The notes under the pieces are model-generated. The model saw only the letters and a list, made by a program, of their open reading frames with translations, did not search any database and had not been told where the DNA came from. The translations under genes and the position numbers were made by a program. Positions 48,254 through 56,985 of a DNA stretch of 64,000 nucleotides are shown here, one piece after another. The stretch spans positions 2,294,927 to 2,358,926 of the forward strand of contig OY969912.1 in the NCBI GenBank assembly GCA_963704505.1. Direction: 5' to 3'. The stretch is from an uncultured Solirubrobacterales bacterium. Lineage in GTDB: Bacteria; Actinomycetota; Thermoleophilia; Solirubrobacterales; 70-9. How positions within the stretch are numbered: the stretch's first letter is position 1; every line of letters begins with the position of its first letter.

Positions 48254-49635
48254 GCGAGCGACCCCTCTCCCCTCCCTCGATCTTCAAGGCCTACGACATT
48301 CGCGGTCTCTACGGGTCGGAGATGGACGAGACGACCGCGAACGCGATCGGCCGTGCATTTGCCCGGGTCCTCGGCCGCCTGCGCGGCAAGGAGCCGGGTG
48401 ACCTCAGGATCGGCCTCGGCCGCGATATGCGGCTCACCGCGCCGGCGATGGCGGCCGCGGTGCGGGACGGGCTCCTCTCCGAAGGCGTGGCGGTCCTCGA
48501 CGCCGGCATGGTCGCTACCGAGATGCTCTACCACCTGGTCGGCTCCCGTGAGCTCGACGGCGGCGCGATGGTGACCGCCTCGCACAACCCGAAGGCCTAC
48601 ACCGGGATCAAGCTGGTCCGCGAGGGAGCGCTGCCGCTCTCCGGCGACGCCGGGATCGGCGACGTCCAGGCGGAGATCGAGCGACTCGGCGCGGACTCGG
48701 GGCCGGGCGGTGGCTCGGTCGAGGACGTCGACATCTGGGATGAATACCACCAGCACGCCCTTTCCTTCATCGATCCGTCCGCGATCAAACCGATGAAGGT
48801 GGTGGTCGACGGGGGCAACGGCATGGGCGGCCCGATGGCCGGGCCGGTCCTGACCGGGCTGGGCCTCGAACTCGACGAGATGTACTTCAAGCCCGATGGC
48901 GAGTTCCCAGACCACGAACCGAATCCACTCCTCGAGGAGAACCGGCGGCTGATCATCGACCGCGTCCGCGGGACGGGCGCAGACCTCGGGATCGCCTGGG
49001 ACGGCGACGCCGACCGCTGCTTCTTCATCGACGGCACCGGTGAGTTCTGCGACGGGGACTTCATTTGCGCCCTGCTGGCGCGGGCGGCGCTTGCCAAGGA
49101 CCCGGGCGGGATGATCCTCTACGACCCCCGCTCGAGCCGGGCAGTGCCCGACCTGGTAGCCGCCGAGGGTGGCCGTTCGGCCCTCTCACGGGTGGGCCAT
49201 GCCTTCTTCAAGGCAAGGATGCGCGAGGAGCAGGCGGTCTTCGGCGGCGAGGTCTCCGGCCACTACTACTTCCGTGACTTCTGGAATGCCGACTCGGGGA
49301 CGATCCCGGCGCTGCTGGTGCTCGAGCTGCTCTCGGTCGACGGCCGCACCCTGGCCGAGCTGATGGCCGACTTCCGTTCGCGCTACTTCATCTCCGGCGA
49401 GATCAACTCCGAGGTCGACGACCAGGAGGCGAAGATGGAGGAGATCCTCGCGCGCTACGGCGAGGGCGCCGAGGTGACCCGGCTCGACGGCATCTCGATC
49501 GACCACCCCGACTGGCACTTCAACGTCAGGCCCTCCAACACCGAGCCACTGCTCAGACTCAACCTCGAGTCGCTGATCTCCCGCGAGGACATGGAGGCAA
49601 AACGCGACGAGGTCCTCGGGCTGATCAGAGCGTGA
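48250..49635 (+). CDS. manB: Phosphomannomutase/phosphoglucomutase
   Basis: N-terminus IFKAYDIRG, phosphoserine loop TASHNP, Mg loop WDGDADRC and sugar loop GGEVSGH. The TTG start overlaps the HIT stop. Confidence 0.93.
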   Translation: MSERPLSPPSIFKAYDIRGLYGSEMDETTANAIGRAFARVLGRLRGKEPGDLRIGLGRDMRLTAPAMAAAVRDGLLSEGVAVLDAGMVATEMLYHLVGSRELDGGAMVTASHNPKAYTGIKLVREGALPLSGDAGIGDVQAEIERLGADSGPGGGSVEDVDIWDEYHQHALSFIDPSAIKPMKVVVDGGNGMGGPMAGPVLTGLGLELDEMYFKPDGEFPDHEPNPLLEENRRLIIDRVRGTGADLGIAWDGDADRCFFIDGTGEFCDGDFICALLARAALAKDPGGMILYDPRSSRAVPDLVAAEGGRSALSRVGHAFFKARMREEQAVFGGEVSGHYYFRDFWNADSGTIPALLVLELLSVDGRTLAELMADFRSRYFISGEINSEVDDQEAKMEEILARYGEGAEVTRLDGISIDHPDWHFNVRPSNTEPLLRLNLESLISREDMEAKRDEVLGLIRA

Positions 49636-50636
49636 CCCTGACCCCTGAGCAGGCCCTCGAGCAGGCGGCGCTCGCCGGCGTCCACTGCCTCCCGATCCCC
49701 ACTCCGTTCGCCGTCGGCAGGGTCAACTGCTACCTGATCGAGGATCAGCCCCTGACCCTCATCGATCCCGGGCCCAATTCCGGCAAGGCCCTCGACGAGC
49801 TCCAGACCCAGCTCCGCGAGCGCGGCCACTCGATCGACGACATCGAGCTGATCATCGTCACCCACCAGCACATCGACCACCTCGGCCTGGTCGAGATCGT
49901 CGCCGGGCACTCGGGCGCCGACGTCGCGGCGATCGGGGTCGCCGCCCGGCGATTCGCCAACTTCGACGAGGACGCCGACGCCGACGACCGCTTCGCGGTC
50001 GAGCTGATGCTGCGCAGTGGAATCCCCGAGGAAACCGCGCAGGCCCTGCAGAGCGTCTCGCGAAGCTTCCGCAGCTGGGGCTCGGAGTTCGAGGTGACCC
50101 GGCCCCTCGACGACGGCGAGGAGATCGCCTTCGGCGACCGCACGCTTCAAGCCCTCCACCGCCCCGGCCACAGTCCGTCCGACACTGTCTTCTGGGACGC
50201 CGAGCGACGAATCCTGATCGCCGCCGACCACCTGCTCTCCCACATTTCCTCCAACCCCCTGGTCGCCCGCCCGCTCGACGGCTCCGACAAGCGCACCCAA
50301 GCGCTCGTCACCTACCTCGACTCGCTTCGCAAGACGCGTGAAATGCCGGCCGAGTTCGTCCTCGGCGGGCACGGTGAGCCGGTCGTCGACCACGTGGCGC
50401 TGATCGACCAGCGGATCGCCAAGCACGATCAGCGCAAGGAGAAGATCTTCGGCCTGATCGAGGAGCGCCCTCGCACCGGCCACGAGATCGCCCAGGCGAT
50501 CTGGGGCAACGTCGCCGTGACCCAGGCATACCTGACCCTCTCAGAGGTGATCGGGCATGCCGACCTGCTCGTCAACGAAGGCCGGGTGCGCGAAGTGGCC
50601 GACGGTGACGTGCTCCACTACGAGACGATCGCTTAG
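49632..50636 (+). CDS. MBL-fold metallo-hydrolase with a C-terminal winged-helix-like domain
   Basis: HxHxDH motif (THQHIDHLG) and HRPGHSPSD. GTGA overlap with manB. Confidence 0.85.
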   Translation: MTLTPEQALEQAALAGVHCLPIPTPFAVGRVNCYLIEDQPLTLIDPGPNSGKALDELQTQLRERGHSIDDIELIIVTHQHIDHLGLVEIVAGHSGADVAAIGVAARRFANFDEDADADDRFAVELMLRSGIPEETAQALQSVSRSFRSWGSEFEVTRPLDDGEEIAFGDRTLQALHRPGHSPSDTVFWDAERRILIAADHLLSHISSNPLVARPLDGSDKRTQALVTYLDSLRKTREMPAEFVLGGHGEPVVDHVALIDQRIAKHDQRKEKIFGLIEERPRTGHEIAQAIWGNVAVTQAYLTLSEVIGHADLLVNEGRVREVADGDVLHYETIA

Positions 50637-51310
50637 CGGCGAAGTCGTTTGAGCCGTCGCGCCTGCCGTCGCGCGAACGCCCGGGCGGACCAACGCTCCT
50701 CGGCCACCCAGCTGCGGGCCCAGTGGTGGGCGCCGTACGCGCCGGGGAACGGCCCGTCACGCAGGTCCGGGCGGTCCCAGGGGTAGGGAAAGAACAGCTC
50801 GGGCTCGATTATCGCCACGCCCTCGAGCAACTCCGGTCGGGCCCTCAGCACGCCGGTAAGGAACTGCGGCCCGGTCGCCTCGTTGGACGGCCCGCCACGA
50901 TGGGCTGCGGCAGAAGCGGGCAACGCCTCGATGATGGCGTCGAGCATCGGGTGTCCTTTCACGGCGCCGAAGATCGCGCTGGCGAAGTTGACGGAGTCCT
51001 CGCGGACCAGAAACGCGTCGGCTCCCTCGAACAGCGGAGCGATCGGCTTCAAGCACTCGAAATCGGTGTCGAGGTAGACGCCGCCGTGCCGTTGGACCAC
51101 CTCGTATCGGACGAAATCCGATTTCTGCGAGAAGTTCGGCGAGCGGTCGAACTCAGCTTGGTTCTGGAGGGTCGGGAGATCGGCGTCGGTCCATAGGCGG
51201 TCGGTCCAGCCGGGGTTGAGCCGAACCCAGGACTCCCCGTAGGCCTCTTCCGCGGGGGGAATCGGGCGGTCGCCCATCCAGATGCGGTGAAATGTTTTCG
51301 GAATCGTCAT
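50633..51310 (-). CDS. Glycosyltransferase with a DXD sugar-binding motif (GT32 / Och1-TcdA-like)
   Basis: FHRIWMG..PIP at the N-terminus, SDFVRYEVVQRHGGVYLDTDFECLKP (DxD) and WDRP near the C-terminus. Confidence 0.8.
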   Translation of the reverse strand: MTIPKTFHRIWMGDRPIPPAEEAYGESWVRLNPGWTDRLWTDADLPTLQNQAEFDRSPNFSQKSDFVRYEVVQRHGGVYLDTDFECLKPIAPLFEGADAFLVREDSVNFASAIFGAVKGHPMLDAIIEALPASAAAHRGGPSNEATGPQFLTGVLRARPELLEGVAIIEPELFFPYPWDRPDLRDGPFPGAYGAHHWARSWVAEERWSARAFARRQARRLKRLRR

Positions 51311-51408
51311 TTGGGAGCACCCGCTCGAGTCGAGGATCCCAGGTCTGACGGAGTCACGAGAAGTCGACGGGGCTGAACCTCATACGCTGCACGAATGCTG
51401 CCTCCACG

Positions 51409-52410
51409 ATGCCACCGAGCGCAGGGAATCAGATGCCGCTGATGGGACCGCGAAAAGCCCGAGGGCGCGGGAAGAAGCGGATGCTGATCATCGTCAACCC
51501 TTACGCGACGACGGTCTCCGATCGGCTCAAGAACCTCGTCGTCTACGCGCTGCAGGGTCGCTTCGAGGTCGAGACCGTCGCAACCGAGGCGCAGAACCAC
51601 GCGACCGAGATCGGCCGCGAGGTCCGCGACCACGGCTACGACGTGGTCGTCGCCTTCGGCGGCGACGGGACCCTGAACGAGGTCGCAAACGGCCTGGCCG
51701 GGACCGACGTCCCTGTCTCGGTACTGCCGGGCGGCTCGACCAACGTCGTCTGCCGCACTCTGGGAATCCCCAACGACGTCGTCGACGCGACCGAGCACCT
51801 GCTTTCGCTGGCGGACGACTGGGCACCCAGGAAAATCGATCTCGGGCGCGCCGATGAGCGCCACTTCGTCTTCTCCTGCGGGGTCGGCATCGACGCCACC
51901 GTGGTCAAGCGGGTCGACGCACACCCGAAGCTGAAGTCCCGCGCCGGCCCCTACTACTACACCTGGGCGGCGATCTCGAGCTTCTACCGCAACTACCTGC
52001 GTAACCCCGTGCGTCTGCGGGTGGAGACCGATGCCGGGGACCCGGTCGACGGGGTCACGGCGCTGGCCCAGAACTCCGATCCCTTCACGTACTTCGCCAG
52101 CCGCCCGATCCGGGTCTGCGAGGGCGTCGCCATCGACGACGGAACCCTCTCGCTGGGGGTCCTCGAACGGGCCACCCAGCGCGACATGCCGACCCTGATC
52201 CCCAGGCTCTTCAGCGAGACGAAACCTGGAGCGCGCCACCGGAGGATCGAGCACTTCGACGACGTCACCCAGGCCAGCGTCACCTCCACCTCGCTCGACG
52301 ACGACGGCACCCCCCGACCATTCCCTGTCCAGGTCGACGGTGACTACATCGGCGAGTCGACCCGGCTCGAGCTGAGAGCTGAGCCGGGTGCTCTGACGAT
52401 CGTCGCCTGA
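51409..52410 (+). CDS. Diacylglycerol/lipid kinase family protein (DAGK catalytic domain, YegS-like)
   Basis: IIVNPYATT, GGDGTLNEV, LPGGSTN and the C-terminus DGDYIGE. The start could instead be the ATG at 51481 (MLIIVNP). Confidence 0.88.
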   Translation: MPPSAGNQMPLMGPRKARGRGKKRMLIIVNPYATTVSDRLKNLVVYALQGRFEVETVATEAQNHATEIGREVRDHGYDVVVAFGGDGTLNEVANGLAGTDVPVSVLPGGSTNVVCRTLGIPNDVVDATEHLLSLADDWAPRKIDLGRADERHFVFSCGVGIDATVVKRVDAHPKLKSRAGPYYYTWAAISSFYRNYLRNPVRLRVETDAGDPVDGVTALAQNSDPFTYFASRPIRVCEGVAIDDGTLSLGVLERATQRDMPTLIPRLFSETKPGARHRRIEHFDDVTQASVTSTSLDDDGTPRPFPVQVDGDYIGESTRLELRAEPGALTIVA

Positions 52411-52429
52411 GGCGAGGACGGTCGCCGCG

Positions 52430-53359
52430 TTAAGCGGCGATCGCCTCTACAGCGACGCTGCTGGTCGAAGTCGGGACGGTGCAGCCCATCTTCTTGGCTT
52501 CTTCCGCCTTCTTCTTCGACGAGGCTGACTTGGTATCGGCTTCGCCTTCCTTCTTCTTCGCTTCTTCGCAAAGCTTCTTGGCTTCCACGTTCAGCGTTTT
52601 CGCTTCGGCGTTCAGTTTGTCGGCCGCTTCCCTGAGGAGTTTGGCTTCTTTCATCAGGTTTTTGTAGGAAGTCGAAGAGGTCGAGTATTTTTTGGCCGAT
52701 TTTTCCTTGCCGGCGGCCTGCGCGTCCTTGTAGTCGGCCGAGTCTTCCTTGTCGTCGGCGGCGTTTTCCTTGCTCTTCGCCAGGTTGCGCTTGCCGGAGG
52801 CGTCGGAATCGAGTGCCTTGGCTTCGTCGGACAGCTTCTTGGCTTCTTCGCCGAGCTTCTTGCCGTTGTCCGGGCACTTCGGCTGGCAGTTGTCGTCTTT
52901 GCCCGACGAGCCACCGTAGGTCGAGTAGTGATGCTCACAATCGCTGTCGCAATTGTCGTCGTGACCTGAGGAGCCACCGTAGGTGGAGTAGTGGTGCTCG
53001 CAGTCGTTGTCACAGTCGTCGTCGTAGCCGCCGCCGTAGGAGCCGCCGGTGAGGTCGAAGGAGCTGTAGTGATTCTTCGGGCATTCCGGCGGGCAGTCTT
53101 TCGAGTCGTTGCCGACGAAGACCGAGACCAGCGCGGCACCGGCGGACGTGCCGTCCGCGGCGGTGTAGTGGTGGTCAGGCGGGCACGGATCGTCCGGGTG
53201 GTACTGGTCGTAGCCACCGTTGCCTCCATCGGAGCCGCCGCCGCAGTAGACGGCCAGTGCCGTTCCACCGCCGACGAAGGCGACCAGGGCCAGCGCCACG
53301 AGGGCGATTTTGCGGAGCGCGGCGAATCCGTGACCATTCATGCCGACCACCCTAGGCAT
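52430..53359 (-). CDS. Hypothetical exported protein: Cys/His/Asp-rich repeats followed by a Lys/Glu/Ala-rich coiled-coil-like region
   Basis: N-terminal hydrophobic signal/anchor (IALVALALVAFVGGGTALA). Five D-x-C-x3-C-x-(H/N)HY-type units follow, then a low-complexity segment EEAKKLSDEAKAL...AEAKTLNVEAKKLCEEAKKKEGE with visibly lower GC. An alternative ATG lies at 53341. Confidence 0.65.
   Translation of the reverse strand: MPRVVGMNGHGFAALRKIALVALALVAFVGGGTALAVYCGGGSDGGNGGYDQYHPDDPCPPDHHYTAADGTSAGAALVSVFVGNDSKDCPPECPKNHYSSFDLTGGSYGGGYDDDCDNDCEHHYSTYGGSSGHDDNCDSDCEHHYSTYGGSSGKDDNCQPKCPDNGKKLGEEAKKLSDEAKALDSDASGKRNLAKSKENAADDKEDSADYKDAQAAGKEKSAKKYSTSSTSYKNLMKEAKLLREAADKLNAEAKTLNVEAKKLCEEAKKKEGEADTKSASSKKKAEEAKKMGCTVPTSTSSVAVEAIAA
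52901..53020 (-). repeat. 60-bp tandem coding repeat (x2) encoding DDxCDxDCEHHYSTYGGSSG
   Basis: The two units translate as DDCDNDCEHHYSTYGGSSGH and DDNCDSDCEHHYSTYGGSSG. The flanking units PCPPDHHY, DCPPECPKNHY and NCQPKCPDNG are degenerate copies. Confidence 0.8.
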
Positions 53360-53412
53360 AGATAGGCGTCGTTTAAACAGGAAAGCCGTCGCAACGGCAC
53401 GATTTTCCTCCC

Positions 53413-53442
53413 AGACGAAACTCGCACCGCAACGGTTGCGAG
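53413..53442 (-). terminator. Hairpin plus U-rich tract after the LPXTG-protein gene
   Basis: The minus strand reads CUCGCA-ACCGUUGCGG-UGCGAG followed by UUUCGUCU. A second hairpin, GCCGU-UGCG-ACGGC followed by UUUCCUGUUU, lies at 53375-53398. Confidence 0.4.
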
Positions 53443-53467
53443 AGCGACTTTGGAAAGGAGCTCGGCG

Positions 53468-53920
53468 CTAGGCGGTGCGACGCCGGCCGGAAAGGCGGCG
53501 CTGACCGAAGCCGATCGCCACCATCAGGAGGCCGATCGCGGCGAGCACGAGAACGTCGAAGCCGGTGAAGGGAAGGCCGCTGGAACCGCTTGAGGGACCG
53601 GCCGAAGCTGTGGAGATGGGCTCGATTTCGCTGGAGCCGCCAGGTCCGTTGCCGCCGTTGGGATTACCACCACCACCGCCGTTTTCATTGGCGGGTTCGT
53701 TGCCGTGTTCATTGGGATGGTTGTTGTGGTGCTTGCTTTTGTGTTCCGTTTCGCCTTCAGGCGGCGTGACGGGAGGCGTCACGGGCGGGGTCGGCGTGTA
53801 CTGGGTGACCGCGGCGTTGCCGGTGGTCCCGGTCGAGCCTCCGCCGGTCGATGCGAAGGCGAGGGTCGCGCCAAAGACGAGAATCGCGGTCATTGCGATC
53901 CCGATGACCCGCGCGATCAT
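53468..53920 (-). CDS. Small LPXTG-type cell-wall-anchored protein, His/Asn/Gly-rich
   Basis: Signal peptide MIARVIGIAMTAILVFGATLAFA. The C-terminal sorting signal is LPFTG plus a hydrophobic helix plus RRLSGRRR. The middle reads TEHKSKHHNNHPNEHGNEPANENGGGGGNPNGG. Its ATG overlaps the upstream stop (ATGA). Confidence 0.7.
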   Translation of the reverse strand: MIARVIGIAMTAILVFGATLAFASTGGGSTGTTGNAAVTQYTPTPPVTPPVTPPEGETEHKSKHHNNHPNEHGNEPANENGGGGGNPNGGNGPGGSSEIEPISTASAGPSSGSSGLPFTGFDVLVLAAIGLLMVAIGFGQRRLSGRRRTA

Positions 53921-55986
53921 GGTTCCCCCTGCGTGGGAGGAAGGATCGGGGCGGTTTTGGCGGCTTGTTCCCATTCGTTCTTATTGTGGCCCTGAAAGCG
54001 GAACGGTGCTGAGCGGGCCAAACTTTCTTCGGGATTCAGGATTGCAGCCCTCGCGGCGGCTTTCCTGGGGTCGAGGCCGGCACCAGCTCGGGCGACGGCA
54101 AGGTCGTAATAGTCTACCCAGTTATCAGGATCTCGCTGCCTCGCCCTTTCCAGAGCGACCGCCGCGGTCCCATAGCGGCCGATCTGCATGTCACAGAAGG
54201 CCAGGACAAGGTACGGCGTCGGTCTCTGGCTGACGACGGAAAGCGAGCTGTTGGCATCCGACTGCGCGGTCCTGCAGTCCCCACGTCCTGTGGCGTCGAT
54301 GGCAGAGTCGAGCCGGGCCTGCGAGAGCGCCAGGCGAGCAGGGACTATGGCGATAGCGATGCAGATGATCGCCCCTCCCGCCCGGATCAGCGTCCGTTTC
54401 AACTCGCTGCTGCGTTGACGCCGCCTCCAGCGCAGCGAGCGCGCAAGGGCTGCCCCGCCAAAGGCGAAGAACCAGATCGTCACGGCCGGCATCTGCCAAT
54501 CCCAGTCCACTCCGGCGTGGATCGCCCAGGCAACCCCGGCCGCCAGCAACGCGGCGAACAGCGCCCGATCGGGGCCACGAGCGCGGAAGGCAAAGGCACC
54601 CAGGATCAAGCCGATCGCGATCACGAGGAGGGCGAGGCCGACAACGCCGAGCTCCCCCAGGGTCTCCAGATACAGGGAATGGGCGTTCTCGACGTGCTTG
54701 TCGGTTTCCCGATCCCGCTCCCAGTCGAGCGCGAAGGTTCCGGCGCCGGTGCCGTGGAAGCGGTTTTCGCGATAGGCGTCGAGGGCGACGTCCCAGAGTT
54801 CGAAGCGCCCCTCGGGACGGGCGCTGAGCAGCCTTCCTTCACCGCGTGAGGCAGGCCCGGTGTTGGTCCGGTCGGTGAACTCGTGGTACTTGTTCGAAAC
54901 GACGTGCGGGACGTTGGCCGCCGCGGCACCGCCGACGACCAGGACCAGGCCGGCGATGATCGAGAGCACGATCACCGGCTCGCGAGCACGTTCCGGAAGA
55001 CGCACGCGGTCCAGCCATCCGTCGAGGGGAAGAAGGCAGGCGCGCAGAACGGCGGCGCCCAGAATGCACGCACCCAGCACCAGGGCGACGTGCTTGCCTT
55101 CGGCGACCATGTGAAACGGGTAGCCCTCGGTGACCGAGGAGGACGGGCTGGCCACCATGAGAATGACCGCGGTCGCCGGGACGATCGCGATCGCGCCACT
55201 CAGCAGAGCGCGTGGCCTCCCGATCAACGCGTAAACGACAAGTGCGGCGGGCGCGGCCCAGATGCCCCCTCGGGACAGCGTGTAATAGAGAGTGAGGATC
55301 AGCGCCGGAACGGCCGCCGCACCGAGGATCCTGGCCACCGGGTGGTCCCGGGTGCTGCAGGCCAGATGGGCGCAGAGAACGGTTCCGACGCAGGCGATGA
55401 TCCCCAACGTGTTCCAGTAGGTCAGCGGGTAGCCCAGCCGGCTCTCGGTGATCAAGGCGGTGTCGAGGATCGTGTGCGGCAGAAGTCGGGCCGTCAGCGC
55501 CGCGCCGCAGATGATCACAATCGCGGTGGCGACCCCATAGAGCATCCACTTGACCCGCCGAACGTCGAAGGGCATCGAGCCGAAGAAGGCAAGCACCAGG
55601 CCGCAGAGCAGGACGCGGGTATACGCCGGGAAGGCGCGGCTGACCGAATCCGACCAATCGGCAGAGAGCAGGGTCCAGACGCCGAGCAGCGCCATCGCCA
55701 CGACCGCGACGATCAGCGCCGGGCTCACCCCCTGCAGTGGTCGACGGGCGACAACGAAACGGACCCCGAGGATGAGCGCCATCTCGGCGGCGGCAAGGCT
55801 GGTCGCTCCGAGGTAGAAGCCGCCGGCGCGGAAGCCGAGGTAAACGGTGAAGAGACCCGGAAGAAGGGCTGCTGCCAGCCAGCCGGTTTCGGCGTTCCAA
55901 CCGATTCCCGCTTTTTCCTTTTTGACCGGCTTGGGAGTCCGCGCGAGCGGGCCCGACCCGCTTTTCAGGCTCAATTCGCTCTCCAT
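53917..55986 (-). CDS. O-antigen ligase/polymerase family (Wzy_C) membrane protein fused to C-terminal TPR repeats
   Basis: About 10 or more TM helices, the Wzy_C loop motif ENAHSLYLETLGELGVVG and a C-terminal TPR-like region (RYGTAAVALERARQRDPDNWVDYYDLAVA). The start is taken at ATG 55984-55986, because the ORF-track start would overlap the divergent gene. Confidence 0.85.
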   Translation of the reverse strand: MESELSLKSGSGPLARTPKPVKKEKAGIGWNAETGWLAAALLPGLFTVYLGFRAGGFYLGATSLAAAEMALILGVRFVVARRPLQGVSPALIVAVVAMALLGVWTLLSADWSDSVSRAFPAYTRVLLCGLVLAFFGSMPFDVRRVKWMLYGVATAIVIICGAALTARLLPHTILDTALITESRLGYPLTYWNTLGIIACVGTVLCAHLACSTRDHPVARILGAAAVPALILTLYYTLSRGGIWAAPAALVVYALIGRPRALLSGAIAIVPATAVILMVASPSSSVTEGYPFHMVAEGKHVALVLGACILGAAVLRACLLPLDGWLDRVRLPERAREPVIVLSIIAGLVLVVGGAAAANVPHVVSNKYHEFTDRTNTGPASRGEGRLLSARPEGRFELWDVALDAYRENRFHGTGAGTFALDWERDRETDKHVENAHSLYLETLGELGVVGLALLVIAIGLILGAFAFRARGPDRALFAALLAAGVAWAIHAGVDWDWQMPAVTIWFFAFGGAALARSLRWRRRQRSSELKRTLIRAGGAIICIAIAIVPARLALSQARLDSAIDATGRGDCRTAQSDANSSLSVVSQRPTPYLVLAFCDMQIGRYGTAAVALERARQRDPDNWVDYYDLAVARAGAGLDPRKAAARAAILNPEESLARSAPFRFQGHNKNEWEQAAKTAPILPPTQGEP

Positions 55987-56043
55987 CGGCAAAACAACGA
56001 TCCTGCAGGTCATTTCGTGCGCGGGCCCACCTATCATGCACCG

Positions 56044-56985
56044 ATGGACGAGCGGGAACGCATGCACAACGCTTTTCGCCTCGCCGCCTTCAGCTTCAAG
56101 GTCGATGCGGTGACCGCCGAGGCCACCGCCGCACTGAGCGAGGCGTCCATACCGAGCATCCTGCTCAAGGGGCCGGGAATCACGACCTGGCTGTACGCCG
56201 GCGAAGAAGCCCGCATCTACGGCGACTCCGACCTCTTGATTCGCAAGGCGGACTGGGACCGGGCCGCCGGAGTGCTGGAGGAACTCGGCTTCGAGGACGA
56301 TCTCGGCCCACTCGATCACCCGAGGATGGAGTCCGGCGCGGGCTTCCCGTGGGCACGGGAGTCAGATGGGTCAGGAGTCGACATGCACTGCACCCTCTTC
56401 GGGATAGGCGCGACCCCTGATGACCTCTGGGCCGCATTCTCTGCTGACGCCGTGGCCGAGCAGGTCGGTGGAGCTGAAGTGATGCTGCCGTCGCATCCCG
56501 CGCGCCTCCTGCACATTGCGCTGCACGCCCTTCAGCACGGCGGCGAGACCTGGGACAAGCCGATGAAGGACCTCAGCCGGGGCATCGAGAAGGCGGAGGT
56601 GACCGAGTGGCGGCAGGCCCTCGCCCTTTCCGAGCGGCTGGACGCGGCCGAGAACTTCTCCACCGGTCTGCGGCTCCTGCCCCAGGGAGAGCAGCTCGCA
56701 GCCGAGATCGGGGCTCAGCGCGTCGAGACGACGAAGGCGGCCCTGCGGCTGGCGCAGGTGCCGATGGCGGAGGGCTTCGAGGAGCTCGCGGACGCGCCCG
56801 GTCTGCGGGCCAAGGCGATGATCGTCTTTCGCGAGCTTTTCCCGAACGCCGAATTCATGCGCTGGTGGAGCCCGCTGGCGAGGCGCGGACGGCTGGGGCT
56901 TGCCTTTGCCTACCTCGGCCGGCCCTTCTGGCTCGCCTTTCACGCGCCGGCCGGATTGCTCGCCTGGTGGCGAGCCCGGCACTAG
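56044..56985 (+). CDS. Uncharacterised nucleotidyltransferase family protein (NTP_transf_5-like)
   Basis: IPSILLKGPGITTWLYAGEEARIYGDSDLLIRKADWDRAAGVLEELGF matches the family pattern LKG...Y....R...D.D.L. Only the C-terminal 313 aa of the 700-aa ORF-track entry is credible. Confidence 0.75.
   Translation: MDERERMHNAFRLAAFSFKVDAVTAEATAALSEASIPSILLKGPGITTWLYAGEEARIYGDSDLLIRKADWDRAAGVLEELGFEDDLGPLDHPRMESGAGFPWARESDGSGVDMHCTLFGIGATPDDLWAAFSADAVAEQVGGAEVMLPSHPARLLHIALHALQHGGETWDKPMKDLSRGIEKAEVTEWRQALALSERLDAAENFSTGLRLLPQGEQLAAEIGAQRVETTKAALRLAQVPMAEGFEELADAPGLRAKAMIVFRELFPNAEFMRWWSPLARRGRLGLAFAYLGRPFWLAFHAPAGLLAWWRARH

Noticed and set aside
54883-56043. The N-terminal 387 aa of the 700-aa + ORF 54883..56985
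   Set aside because: This part is antisense to the Wzy-like membrane protein and is Arg/Gly/Asp junk. Only the segment from ATG 56044 (MDERERMHNAF...) shows the NTP_transf_5-like pattern.
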